DNA of 64,000 nucleotides from Squalus acanthias (taxonomy: Eukaryota): the NCBI GenBank assembly GCA_030390025.1, contig CM059432.1, positions 128,032,001 through 128,096,000 of the forward strand, given 5' to 3'. The notes below the pieces were generated by a model that was given only the letters and a program-made list of their open reading frames with translations, did not search any database and was not told where the DNA came from. The position numbers and the translations under genes are program-made. Numbering within the stretch: position 1 is the first letter of the stretch; every line of letters starts with the position of its first letter. Below are positions 40,104 to 53,700 of this stretch, in pieces.

Positions 40104-40282
40104 GATCGCAAAATACTGCGGATGCTGGAAATCCAAAATAACAACAGAAAACGCTGGAAAAACTCAGCAGGCCAGGCAGCATCAGTGGAGAGAGAAACAG
40201 AGTTAACGTTGCAGGTCTTCGACCTGCAACGTTAACTCTGTTTCTCTCTCCACGGATGATGCCTGGCCTGCTGAGTTTTTTC
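40104..40282. mobile_element. Penelope-like terminal fragment folded as a hairpin, perfect 14-bp TSD
   Basis: agctgctattttat at 40090-40103 and 40283-40296. ~65-bp inverted arms around ttc. Confidence 0.7.
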
Positions 40283-41189
40283 AGCTGCTATTTTATAGTG
40301 TGAGTGCATCACCCTGCAATTGTACAATTTGGCCACCAGGTTCCTAGATGTTGCTCATAATGCTATCTGCACTTGCTTTTCATTCACCATTTTTTCCCCC
40401 CGTGGTAACAAAATTCTAATGCCCAAAATATGAATTTAAGCAACAAAAATTTAAAAATTCAATAATTTACAATAATATGCTTTAAATGTATTCACCAGAT
40501 TGTCTTTTAATGCCTTTTTTTAAAGTTTTCACTTGAAGGCTTTAGCTTGTCCCAAGCTCCTGGGTTTGGATTTGATATTTCTGCCCAGAACTGTGATTCT
40601 GAGCTGAATTTGGATTGTACAGTCTATGAGCATGTGGAGTATACCTAATTTCCCAAGACTTTCTGTCCAGTAGAGTCAAATCTCAAAAACTTTACTTGGG
40701 TGAAATTTATACTGGCCTAGATTTTGTGATAGAACGGTGAGGCTAACAGTGCTCACTGTTATGGAGTAAATCGGACAGCAACTTCTGGCGCCACACATGC
40801 GCAGTTAAACCCCGAAATCCTGAGGTACCCTGTTCCTCCACATGCTGCACACTGTGGGAGGGTGAGAGAAGACAAATAGAGATTAGCGGTTTCGTTTCTC
40901 ATTCTAATTGAATATTTATTCATTTGAACTTTAAAATCAAAGCATGTTTGAGGGAAACTGATATGAAGTCAAGAGGGGAAGGAGGAGGGAAACTTGGTGA
41001 GGGGTCCTCTGGACTCTCGCCACCCACCCTAGGGTGCTGGTGATGAGTGGATGGAGTGTTGATGCTGAGATGAGTGACAGCAGAGCAAGGAGGAAGGAAG
41101 GATACAGGGATTGAGTAGGTAACTCAAAGGGAATGAAGTAATGATGAGAGTGGGGAAATGGTAGGAAGGAGAATAGTGGGAAAATTAGG

Positions 41190-41615
41190 TTAGTAGACTA
41201 GGCCTATATTCTCCAGAGTTTGGAAGAATGAGAGGTGATCTCATTGAAACATACAAAATTCTTACAGGGCTTGACAGGGTAGATGCAGGGAGGATGTTTC
41301 CCCTGGCTGGGAAGTCTAGAACCAGGGGTCACAGTCTCAGAATAAGGGGTCGGTCATTTAGGACTAAGATGAGGAGAAATTTCTTCACTGAGGGTGGCGA
41401 ATCTTTGGAATTCTCTACCCCAGAGGGCTGTGGAGGTTCAGTCGTTGAGTATATTCAAGACAGAGATCGATAGATTTTTGAATGTTAAGGAAATCAAGGG
41501 ATATGGGGATAGTGCAGGAAAGTGGAGATGAGGTAGAAGATCTTATTGAATGGCGGAGCAGGCTCGAGGGACCAAATGGCCTACTCCTGCTCCTATTATG
41601 TTCTTATATTCTTAT
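41190..41615 (+). mobile_element. CR1 3' fragment
   Basis: MRGDLIETYKIL...TRGHSLRI and tail ttatgttcttatattcttat. Confidence 0.85.
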
Positions 41616-42748
41616 TCAATGGAGGGATGGGGCGGGCGGAGCCGATGAAGAAAGTTTCACCGAGGGCCACATTTTCCCTGCTCCCCCAACAAATATTCAG
41701 CCTGCTATCATTATTGGCTCCTTTTCAGGCCACACTATGCCATACCACCCACCACTTCCCATCTGAAAGAAAAAGACAGAGAAGCAAGAAGTAGAGTTAA
41801 GCAACATAGAATAGAAAGAAAGAGAAGCAGAAGAGGGGAAACAGAAAAATTTCAACACGAAGATATCTGAGAGTCTACTATATCCAATTAGTTTGGGATA
41901 CAAATAATTTTGTTTTATAGGCAAAAGTCTAGATGAGGCCAGAGAGATCATTTGATGATTAAGTTGGCCGGAAATATGAAGGAACCACTCATCATCTGTT
42001 TCCTATTTCAAATGTAAACTACTCAATGAAGGCTTGGCAGAATAGGTTGGAATGAACTGAACCCCAACCTCCTCCTAACAGATTTGTTCTGCAGAAGATC
42101 ACAAAATCAAAAGATTGTTGTGATTGGAAGCTGCACAAATTATTTGTCGAGACTGAGATAATCAAATTTCATCTTTTTCTTGGTTTTATAATATTGATTG
42201 GATTTTTACAACTTTTTTTATTTGCTAATAAGTATATTATGGTACAATCTCAAAGGTTAGGCCAGGTCAGTTGGTTTGAGAGTAATCAGGATCAGATTTA
42301 TTGATATCAAATATGAATGTTTTGACTACTGTATCTGCAGAAAAAGTAATCCAGAAATCTCTTCCTTAGTAAATAAGATATTTTATAAGTTCAGTTTTAG
42401 TGCTAAAATAAATCCATAGGCCCAATAATTTTTGAATACTGCCAATTTCTGCACCAAAATAAAGTTTCACTTTAAAGTTCTCTAATTATGCTGTATTCAA
42501 TATTAGAAAGTTACAGTAATACTATCTTTGTAATGCATGTAACTTGAAAGCATTTTATAGATACAGCTGAGCCTCCTTAAGTACTGCTGAATTAGGCTTT
42601 AGGCCATTGTGATTAAATAAAAGTCCGGTCTTGTTTCTAGTTTTGCCTTCGGCTGATGGTTTAGGACATGTGGACCAGTGATGCTTTGCTAGACACTGCT
42701 AGTTCAATTTGAAAATCTCCGTACTGTCTTTCACATTGGGACAGGGCA

Positions 42749-42933
42749 GAGGGGTGAAATTCAACTTCAGTGGGGGGCACAAAATGAACAATAGCAGATA
42801 GCTGCCCGTTAGACACCCTGCCCGATTTTCCTTTCCATGACCTCAACAGAGAGGAAAATTGGGCAGGGTGTATAATGGGCGCTCATTTGCTACTGCCCGT
42901 TTTGTGTCCCCACCAAAGTTGAATTTCAACCTC
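42749..42933. mobile_element. Palindromic MITE (~185 bp)
   Basis: ggggtgaaattcaactt ... aagttgaatttcaacc termini and inner arms acaccctgccc/gggcagggtgt. Confidence 0.7.
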
Positions 42934-45196
42934 ACCGTCATCTATCTGTTCTTCCCATACTTGAAATTAATATGGAAATTGGAAGGAAGGAACTATATTT
43001 TAAAATTCACCAGTGTTTATGGAATTTCTTCAGAGAAGCCAAGTGAAAATGAAATGGTTACACCATCGATTTTTGGTCTACTCCCTGGTCTCGTGTCTTA
43101 TCAGATCTCCAGTAGTTTATTAGGGGAGGTCAAAATTTCTGACCTTTTGGGACATGGGCAAGAATTGCCACCATCTAAATTTTCAGCAGGTAAATCCCTC
43201 TCTGTTTTATGATGATCTAATGAGAGCTTTTTTTTTAATCTACCAGCTAATTTAGCACAGACCAGGGATCAACCATGTACCTTCCTAGTTTCTATGGCTC
43301 TGCTGCCTAAACTCACTGAGCCAGAATGACCGTAATGCATTTCCTCGTCATAGTGACAAAGAAAACCTTTGATCTTTGCTAAAATGATTTTTGAGTATTT
43401 CACCTTTCCACTGTTTAAACCTGATCCAAATTATAGGTGCATAAGGGTAAACCTTTATTGTGTAACTTGCTCTTGTGAAAAATTAGTTTGGCAATGAAAC
43501 TGTTTTTTGGGGAAGGAGATCCATAGTTGGAAAAATCTGTAAGCATCATAATTTATCTTACTGATGGGAACTGACAAATCAGTTCATCTTGCCCTTTAAA
43601 AATATGCTATTAGCACAATCTGAGGCAGTGGGGCAGTTATGGTTCATAGGGAATTCCATAGGATAAAAGATTATTTTGGTGTTTATTGCATGTATTATTT
43701 TTCTCCTCCCGAGCCCCTCCTTTTATGAAGTTGGTGACTCTGCTGAGGTACGGTTCCACCAGTGCTGTTTGCCATCTAGTCTCTTGTCCAAATGGCCATC
43801 AGTCACTTGTTAAGTGTGGGCATAGACAATGTCAGCAAGATATTTCACCATGACACAGATTATAATCCTGTCTCACCCATCATTTACAAAAGTACATTTC
43901 CAGAAGGGGTCAGTGAACAACAGTCAGTCAGATGCTTGAAACCCTACCCAGTTTTTTAAGTCCGACACACAGATATCCGCACCCCTACACCCTGGTTGCG
44001 ATCAGCTAAATGCTGGGAGCCAACTAAACAATGTCTGTCTCCTGGAATCCAAATTAAACGGCACCAATATCAAAACAGCTATAAAAGGGGCCATGTTAAT
44101 GGCTCCAGCTGCACAGAAATACCACAGGAAGATGTTGCTTTTTCCCATATAGGCAATGCTGTCAGCAGCACTGAATGCTGTGTGCTGCCAGTCTTTCTGC
44201 TCATCCATATAAGATAATATTACAATTTTCACATTGGGAGAAGCTCTGTAGAAGGTAGCAAAGTTAAGAAGGATCCATAGCATGAAAGTTTTTAATAAAA
44301 TTTGCTGAAACATTGCAACTTTAATCCGAGTTTAACGCACTGATAAATAGCACTGTCCATAGTGAAGTGAATTGTCTTGCATCCATATTTTCATTTTCTC
44401 ACTTTCTTTTCTTCACTATTCTTTATCTGAGAGTACGGAGAGGACTGCATCACAAGCCTGACTCTCCTCCGTTGGTGTCCACATAGGTACTTTCAGTAAG
44501 CACCCCTCTCTAACCAAGGGGCTCTGTGGACAATTGTAGCATCACTATTGCTGCTCCAGCTAACTCAGCACAGACTGGACATCAAAACTGGGACTTTGCT
44601 ATAGCTGTCAGCTACTCACTGGATAAATTCAGTCAACAATTGGAGATGCCTGTTCTCTCGATTTAAAGACAGGTCGAACAGACCAAAGACCTTGGAACCC
44701 TATGCCTTGACTTCATTATATTCCCTGGCCATAGAAACTTCTTAATTGTTTGCTAGTCTATTGCTAATTTAAGTGACAACCCAAAGCTTTATTTAATTTT
44801 TTGACCTGTTTTTAAATGTAAAATTTCAGCAGCTTGTTTAACAGCAAATTCCTTAGCCTTGCTGCTCCCTCTGCTGGTTGATTTCTCTCATTCTTGGCCA
44901 AATTCATGTTTATCCCAATATACTTATTTTTATTTATTTATTGTTGTATATTGAAACTGGTACTTAAGATTCTGTTTAGTTTTGTAGCAAAGCTGTGAAG
45001 TTCAGAAAAATATTTACTCACTGAATGATACAATCTTGTTTCACACACCAGATTTGGATCTTACATGAGGTAGGGCTTTGACTTTTTGCTTTTAATTCCT
45101 GTCTTTGAAATTTAAGATAACCAGGAGGTACCTCATCTCTGATTGCTGAAAATACTAAAAATTTCAATGCAATCGATTCTCATTTTGAATATATAA

Positions 45197-45612
45197 AGAA
45201 AGGCTTGCATTTATATAGTGGCTTTCATGACCTCAGTACGTCGAAAAAGGGCTTTACAGCCAATGAAGTACTTGTGAATGTATTACACTACTGTAATATA
45301 GGAAGTGCAGCAAGGTTCCACAAATAGCAATGAGATAATGATCAGATAATCTGTTTTAGCGACGTTGGCCAGGACATCGGGGGGACCCTCCTTGCTCCTC
45401 TTCAAAATAGTGCCATGGGATCTTTTATGTTCACCTGAGGGGGCAGACAGGGCCTCGATTTAACGTCTCATCCAAAAGTTGGCCCCTCCAACTGTGCAGC
45501 ACTTTCTCAGTACTGCACTGGAGTGTCAGCCAAGATTTTTTGCTGAAGTCTCTGAGTGCAAATTGAACTGACTCAGAGGCGAGAGTGCTACCACTGAGCC
45601 ATTGCTGACACC
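45197..45612 (-). mobile_element. DeuSINE
   Basis: Reverse complement of the same SINE family. Confidence 0.8.
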
Positions 45613-47140
45613 TATATACATATATCTATATATGTCTAATATTTAAAATTATTGCCTCTAGCATGCTTCTTTCACACGCCAGAGTCTTGCACTTTGTTAT
45701 AGATGCTATATATAATTTATTTTTTAAAAAGGCGGACATTTAATGTTAGGTTCTTCTGATCTGCAGCTAGAAATTTACAAGCAACTACAATTTTCTAATT
45801 TCTTGCAGGAATTTACAAGCTAAATTCCACAACTGTGTTCCAGAATAATCCTGAACAGTGCCATGGCAAATCTACTAGTGCAAACAAAAGCATTCTGCAT
45901 TTAATAAAGCTGAATAAAATGGCATGATCTTCATGAATTTCCCTTCTATTCTTTAAATTTATAAAGCCATTTTAAGTTTTGCTGCATATCAAGACTATCA
46001 ATAACTTCAAAATAATTTATGGCTTTACTGGGGCTATAAACTAAAACTAACAATTAATACTTTTTTTGAAATACAGCTTCTTGGTTTGCAGGCAGGAGAA
46101 ATATAATTCATTCTATGCCTTACTATCTTGATAAATAAATGTGTATGTATATATTCATTAAAAATCTTACATACATCAAGGATGCACCATCACAGACTTC
46201 ATGTAACACTTTTGTGAAACATTAAAAAAAAACAATTCAGCAAACTATGATACAGCTACTCATCTCACCTTCCAATTGCTCCAGCAACTTCCCACTACTC
46301 AGCCCAATACGCCCCACCAGGCTTCAAACACTCAAACCGCTTATCTGAGCCTCAAATTTAGTAATTCCCCAAGAAAGTGTTTGCATGCAGAGATTTAATT
46401 GTTCCCCCTCTTGACTGGCAGCTTTTTGCACCTGTGTGTGTAAATAACCTGTGAACAACTTATGCTATTTGCTCATTTTATGGCCCTCTTGTACACGTTC
46501 CTTGCTCCCTGGCCCAGATGTATTTCCCATTTTGTTATTTTTCAGGTAGCATTTAACAAAAGTCATCTTCCTGTTCTCAAATAGTGTCTTCCTGCTCCCA
46601 AGTAGTGTTGAAGTGAATTACTCCTCTTGAACACCATGATACTGTACTGTTTTTCTCAGTATGAATTTTTAATTTCCAAATAGATCAAAATAGCTGGGAA
46701 TCCACAATCGTGCCGATTACGTACCCACTTTTACAATGTTTGCTGCATGCTCAGCTGCAACCATGCAGCCACCCACAACCCATCCTCTAGTGCCCTGGTT
46801 TCACTTAGCACATTCTGCCTGAGGCCAGGAATACAGTGCTGGAAGGGTTGGGTGAAACATTCACTCATTCATTAACCAGGTATATTTGTTGATTCTTGTT
46901 CATTTAAATTTTAAAACATTGTGTGGGGGAAAAATAATTATTAGAAATGGCTAGCATATTTTGCCTAAAAACTGCCCCCCCTCCAAATTTTTTCAGACCT
47001 CCAGTCCCAGTCTCCTCCTCACCCACTTCATGGCAGGCCTTGGCCTTGCATTCCCTCCGTACCTGACATAGCCTTCTTCGCCTTCCCCAACCCCCATTTT
47101 CCCTGTCACTCGCACTTGTTGCAGCATTGGGTAAAAGGCC

Positions 47141-48414
47141 CATAGAAACATAGAAGATAGGAGCAGGAGTAGGCCATTCGGCCCCTCGAGCCTGTTCCGC
47201 CATTTAATGAGATCACGGCTGATCATCCAGATTCAGTACCCTGTCCCTGCTTTCTCCCCATATCCCTTGATCCCTTTAGCCTTAAGAAATATATCTAACT
47301 CCTTCTTGAATATATTTAATGAATTGGCCTCAACTGCCTTGTGTGGTAGAGAATTCCACAGGTTCACCACTCTCTGGGTGAAGAAATTCCTCCTCATCTC
47401 TGTCCTAAATGGCTTACCCCTTATCCTTAGACTGTGACCCCTGGTTCTGGACTCCCCCGCCATCGGGAACATCCTTCCTGCATCTAGTCTGTCTAGTCCT
47501 GTTGGAATTTTATAAGTTTCAATGAGATCCCCTCTCATTCTTCTAAACTCCAGCGAATATAAGCCTAATCGACCCAATCTCTCCTCGTACGTCATTCCTG
47601 CCATCCCAGGTATCAGTCTGGTGAATCTTCGCTGCACTCTCTCCATGGCAAGAACATCCTTCCTCAGATAAGGTGACCAAAACTGCACACAATACTCGAG
47701 GTGTGGTCTCACCAAGGCCCTGTACAACTGCAGCAAGACATCCTTGCTCCTGTATTCGAATCCTCTCGCTATGAAGGCCAACATACCATTTGCCTTCTTC
47801 ACCGCCTGCTGCACCTGCATGCTTACCTTCAGCGACTGGTGCACAAGGACACCCAGGTCTCGTTGCACTTCCCCTTTTCCCAATCTATTGCCGTTCAGAT
47901 AATAATCTGTCTTCCTGTTTTTGCCACCAAAGTGGATAACCTCACATTTATCCACATTATACTGCATCTGTCCAATCACCCAACCTGTCCAAATCATACT
48001 GGAGTTTCTCTGCATCCTCCTCACAGCACACACGCCCACCCAGCTTTGTGTCGTCTGCAAACTTGGAGATATTACATCTAGTTCCCTCGTCTAGATCATT
48101 AATATATATTGTGAATAACTGGGGTCCTAGCACCGATCCCTGTGGTACCCCACTAGTCACTGCCTGCCACTCGGAAAAAGACCCGTTTATTCCAACTCTT
48201 TGCTTCCTGTCTGCCAACCAGTTCTCTATCCAAGACAGTACCTTACCCCCAATCCCGTGTGCTTTAACTTTGCACGCTAATCTCTTATGCGGGACCTTAT
48301 CGAAAGCCTTCTGAAAGTCCAAATACACCACATCCACTGGTTCTTCCTTATCTATTCTACCAGTTACATCCTCAAAAAATTCCAGTAGATTAGTCAAGCA
48401 TGATTTACCTTTTG
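47141..48414 (-). mobile_element. 5'-truncated CR1 LINE (RT and C-terminus), left arm of an inverted pair
   Basis: ORFs 47957-48397 and 47233-48060 ([16 protein letters not shown]), frameshifted by a small deletion. Tail catagaaacatagaa. Confidence 0.9.
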
Positions 48415-50771
48415 GTAATCAGGCCATCTTAGACTGGGTATTATGCAATGAGAAAGGATTAATTAGCAATTTTGTTGTGTGAGGCCCCTTGGGTCGGAGC
48501 AATCATAATATGATAGAATTCTTCATTAGGATGGAGAGTGAAGTAGTTGACTCAGAGACTAGGGTCCTGAATTTAAATAAAGGAAGGTGCGAGTTGGGTA
48601 GGATTGATTGGGGAATGTCACTCAAAAGGTTGATGGTGGATAGGCAATGGCAAACATTCAAAGACTGCATGGACGAACTACAGAATTTGTTCATCCCAGT
48701 TTGGCATAAGAATAAAACAAAAAGGGTGACTCAACCGTGGCTAACAAGGGAAATTAGGGATAGCGTAAGATCCAAGGAGAGGGCATATAAATTGGCCAGA
48801 AAAAGCAGTAACCCTGAGGATTGGGAGCAGTTTAAGATTCAACAAAGGAGGACAAAGGGATTAATTAAGAAGGGGAAAATAGAATACGAGAGTAAGTTTA
48901 CAGGAACATAAAAACTGACTGTAAAAGCTTTTATAGATATGTGAAGAGAAAAAGATTAGTGAAATCAAGCATAGGTCCCTTGCAGTCAGAATCAGGGGAA
49001 CTTCTAATGGGGAACAAAGAAATGTTAGACCAATTAAATACATATTTTGGTTCTGTCTTCACAAAGGAGGACATGAATAACCTCCCAGAGATGTTGGGGA
49101 ACATAGGGTCTGATGAAAGGGAGGAACTGAAAGAAATCAGTATTTGTAGGGAAATGGTGTTAGGGAAATTGAAGGGATTGAAGGCCGATAAATCCCCAGG
49201 GCCTAATAATCTACATCCTAGGGTACTTAAGGAAGTGGCCCTAGAAATAGTAGATGCATTGCTGATCATCTTCCAACATTCGATGGAATCTGGAACAGTA
49301 CCCATGGATTGGAATGTAGCTAATGTTACCCCACTATTCAAAAAGGTGGTAGAGAGAAAACGGGGAATTACAGTCCGGCAAGCCTGACATCGGTAGTGGG
49401 GAAAATGCTAGAGTCCATTATAAAAGATGTAATAGCTGAGCACTTGGAAAACAGTGACAGGATCGGACAAAGTCAACATGGATTTACAAAAGGTAAATCA
49501 TGCTTGACTAATCTACTGGAATTTTTTGAGGATGTAACTGGTAAAATAGATAAGGGAGAACCAGTGGATGTGGTGTATTTGGACTTCCAAAAGGCTTTCG
49601 ATAAGGTCCCGCATAAGAGATTAGTGTGTAAAGTTAAAGCACATGGGATTGGGGGCAAGGTATTGACTTGGATAGTGAACTGGTTGGCAGACAGAAAGCA
49701 AAGAGTTGGAATAAACGGGTCTTTTTCCGAGTGGCAGGCAGTGACTAGTGGGGTACCGCAGGGATCGGTCATTGGACCCCAGCTATTCACAATATATATT
49801 AATGATCTAGACAAGGGAACTAGATGTAATATCTCCAAGTTTGCAGACGACACAAAACTGGCTGGGCGTGTGTGCTGCAAGGAGGATGCCGAGAAACTCC
49901 AGGATGATTTGGACAGGTTGGGTGATTGGGCAGAAGCGTGGCAGATGCAATATAACGTGGATAAATGCGAGGTTATCCACTTTGGTGTCAAAAACAGAAA
50001 GGCAGATTATTATCTGAATGGCAATAGATTGGGAGAAGGGGAAGTGCAACGAGACCTGGGTGTCCTTGTGCACCAGTCGCTGAAGGTAAGCATGCAGGTG
50101 CAGCAGGCGGTGAAGAAGGCAAATGGTATGTTGGCCTTTGTAGCGAGAGGGTTTGAGTACAGGAACAAGGATGTCTTGCTGCAGTTGTACAGGGCCTTGG
50201 TGAGACCACATCTTGAGTATTGTGTGCAGTTTTGGTCACCTTAGCTGAGGAAGGAGGTTCTTGCCATGGAAGGAGTTCAGCGAAGATTCACCAGGCTGAT
50301 ACCTGGGATGGCAGGAATGACGTATGAGGAGAGATTGGGTCGATTGGGCTTATACTCGCTGGAGTTGAGAAGAATGAGAGGTGATCTCATTGAAACTTAT
50401 AAAATTCTGAAAGGACTGGACAGACTAGATGCAGGAAGGATGTTCCCGATGGTCGGGGAGTCCAGAACCAGGGGTCACAGTCTAAGGATAAGGGGTAAGC
50501 CATTTAGGACAGAAATGAGGAGGAATTTCTTCACCCAGAGAGTGGTGAACCTGTGGAATTCTCTACCACAGAAGGCAGTAGAGGCCAAGTCATTAAATAT
50601 ATTCAAGAAGGAGTTAGATATATTTCTTAAGGCTAAAGGGATCAAGGGATATGGGGAGAAAGCAGGGACAGGGTTCTGAATTTGGATGATCAGCCATGAT
50701 TGCATTGAATGGCGGAGCAGGCTAGAGGGGCCGAATGGCCTACTCCTGCTCCTATTTTCTATGTTTCTATG
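48415..50771 (+). mobile_element. 5'-truncated CR1 LINE (end of endonuclease through RT to 3' tail)
   Basis: ORFs 48489-48911, 48941-49387, 49396-50244 and 50266-50679. Tail ttctatgtttctatg. Confidence 0.9.
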
Positions 50772-53700
50772 TAAGCGTTAACAATGTCAGCTAACATAGG
50801 AGCCAGAAAAGGAAGTTGGGTGGTCAGCGGTTTGGTGGGAATAGGGTCGAGGGAACAGGAAGTGGGTCTCATGGATAAGATGAGCGGGGAGAGGTCGTGA
50901 GGGGAGATCGGAGAAGAACTGGAGAAAGACGTGAGTTCAGGGCTAGGACAGGGGGTAACCTTGAAGGAAGTTTAGCCCAGTGGGCTAGGGGAAGAAAGGG
51001 AAGTGGCAGAGGCAGCTGAACGGATCATCTCAATCTTGGAGGCAAAGAAGTCCACGAGCTCCTCACACTTGTTGTCAGAGGTGTGGGTGGAGTGGACAGG
51101 GGAGAAGGGTTTAAGAAGATGGTTAGCAGTGGAGAATAGAAGCGGGGTTTATCTTTGCATTCCAGAATGAGTCTGGAATAGTGAGCAATTTTGGCAGACA
51201 AGAGCAGGACCTGATAATGCTTTGTGGTCCAGCCAGATCTGGCGGTGAATGGCTAAACCAGTTGTCCGCCATATCCATTCAAGTCTGCGTCCCTTGGATT
51301 TAAGGGAGCGAAGATGAGGGCCGTACCAGTAAATGATCCTCTAGGACCAGTGTACTGATCTTAAACAAAGGTAATTATAATGGCATGAGGGCAGAACTGG
51401 CTAAAGTGGACTGGAAAAACAAATTAAAGGGTAAGAAAGTTGAAATGCAGTGGCGGGCATTTAAGGAGATATTTCATAACTCTCAACAAAAATATATTCC
51501 AGTGAGAAAGAAAGATTTTAAGAGAAGGGAGCACCATCCGTGGCTAACTAAGGAAGTAAAGGATGGTATCAAATTGAAAACGAAGGCATACAATGTTGCC
51601 AAGATTGGTGGGAGACCAGATGATTGGAAAATTTTTAAAAACCAGCAAAGGATGACAAAAAAATGAGAGAGATGAATTATGATAGCAAACTGGCAAGAAA
51701 CATTAAAACAGATAGTAAGAGCTTCTACAGGTATATAAAGAGGAAGAGAATAGCTAAAGTAAACGTTGGTCCCTTAGAGGATGAGACTGGGGAATTAATA
51801 ATGGGGAAATGGCAGCGACTCTGAACAAATATTTTGCATCTGTCTTCACTGTAGAAGACACTAACAACATCCCAATAATGGATAATCAAGGGGCCACAGA
51901 GAGTGGGGAACTAAAGACAATCACTATCACTAAGGAAATAGTACTCTGTAAAATAATGGGACTAAAAGACGAGAAGTCCCCTGGACCAGATGGCCTGCAT
52001 CCCAGGGTCTTAAAAGAAGTGGATGCATTGGTTGCAATATATCAAAATTCCCTGGACTCTGGAGAGGTCCCAGCGGATTGGAAAACCGCTAATGTAACAC
52101 CCCTATTTAAGAAAGGAGGGAGACAGAAAGCAGGAAACTATAGACCAGTTAGCCTAACATCTGTCGTTGGAAAAATGCTGGAGTCCTTCATTAAGGAAGC
52201 AGTAGCAGGGCATTTAGAAAAACATACTGCAGTCAAACAGAGTCAGCATGGTTTTAGGAAAGGAAAATGATGTTTAACAAATTTGCTGGAGTTCTTTGAG
52301 GATGTAACAAGCAGGGTGGACAAGGGTGAGTCAATGGATGTGGTGTAATTGGATTTCCAGAAGGCATTCGATAAGGTGCCACATAAAAGGTTACTGCATA
52401 AGATAAGCGCTCACGGAGTTGGGGGCAACATATTAGCATGGATAGAGAATTGGCTAACTAACAGAAAGCAGAGAGTCGGGATAAATGGGTCATTTTCTGG
52501 TTGGCAAACGGTAACTAGTGGGGTGCCACAAGGATCGGTGCTGGGGCCCCAACTATTTACAATCTACATTAATGACTTGGATGAAGGGATCGAGTGTAAT
52601 ATAGCCAAGTTTGCAGATGATACAAAGATGGGTGGGAAAGCAAGTTGTGCAGAGGACTCAAAGAATCTGCAAAGGGATATAGACAGGCTAGGTGAGTGGG
52701 CAAACATTTGGCAGATGGAGTATAATGTGAGAAAGTGGGAGGTTATCCACTTTGGCAGGAAAAATAAAAAGCAAACTATTATTTAAATGGTGAGAGATTA
52801 CAAAATGCTACAGTTCAGAGGGACCTGGGGGTCCTTGTACATGAAAAACAAAAAGTTAGCATGCAGGTACAGCAAGTAATCAAAAAGGCAAATGGAATGT
52901 TGGCTTTTATTTCAAGGGGGTTGGAGTATAAAAGCAATGAAGTCCTGCTACAACTTTACAAGGTATTGGTGAGACCACACCTTGAGTACTGCGTACAGTT
53001 TTGGTCTCCTTATTTAAGGAAGGATATACTTGCATTGGAGGCAGTTCAGAGACGATTCACTAGGTTAATTCCAGAGATGAGGGGTTTAACTTATGAGGAA
53101 ACGTTGAGCAGGCTAGGCCTATACTCATTGGAATTTAGAAGAATGAGAGGTGATCTTATCGAAACATATAAGATACTGAGAGGGCTCAACCGGGTAGATG
53201 CAGGGAGGATGTTTCCCCTCGTGGAGAAATCGAGAACTCGGGGGCACAGTCTCAGAATAAAGGGTCGCCCTTTTAGAACTGAGATGAGGAGGAACTTCTT
53301 CTCTCAGAGGGTCGTAAATTTGTGGAATTCTCTGCCCCAGAGAGCTGTGGAGGCTGGGTCATTAAATGCATTTGAAGTGGAGATAGACAAATTTTTGCAA
53401 GATAAGGGAGTGAAGGGTTATGGGGAGCGGGCTGGGAAGTGGCTTTGAGCCCTAGATCAGCCATGATCTTATTGAATGGCAGAGCAGGCTCGAGGGGCCA
53501 GGTGGCCTATTCCTGCTCCTATTTCTTATGTTCTTATGTTAACGGCCAGGGTGAGAGAGAGTAATTGTTTTAATAGGGACTCGGGCATCAAAGGTGGTGG
53601 TGAGGGTGTGGTTGAGCAGATCAGTAGCTGCAGAAATGTCGTGATGGATGGAGGGCCAAAGGCTGCACAGTTGGGATTTCATAAGTGTAGTTGTTAGAGA

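Noticed and set aside
47141..50771. Classic twin-priming inversion or simple collapsed palindrome
   Set aside because: Both arms contain the same 3' region with tails and differ at many positions, so neither model fits simply.
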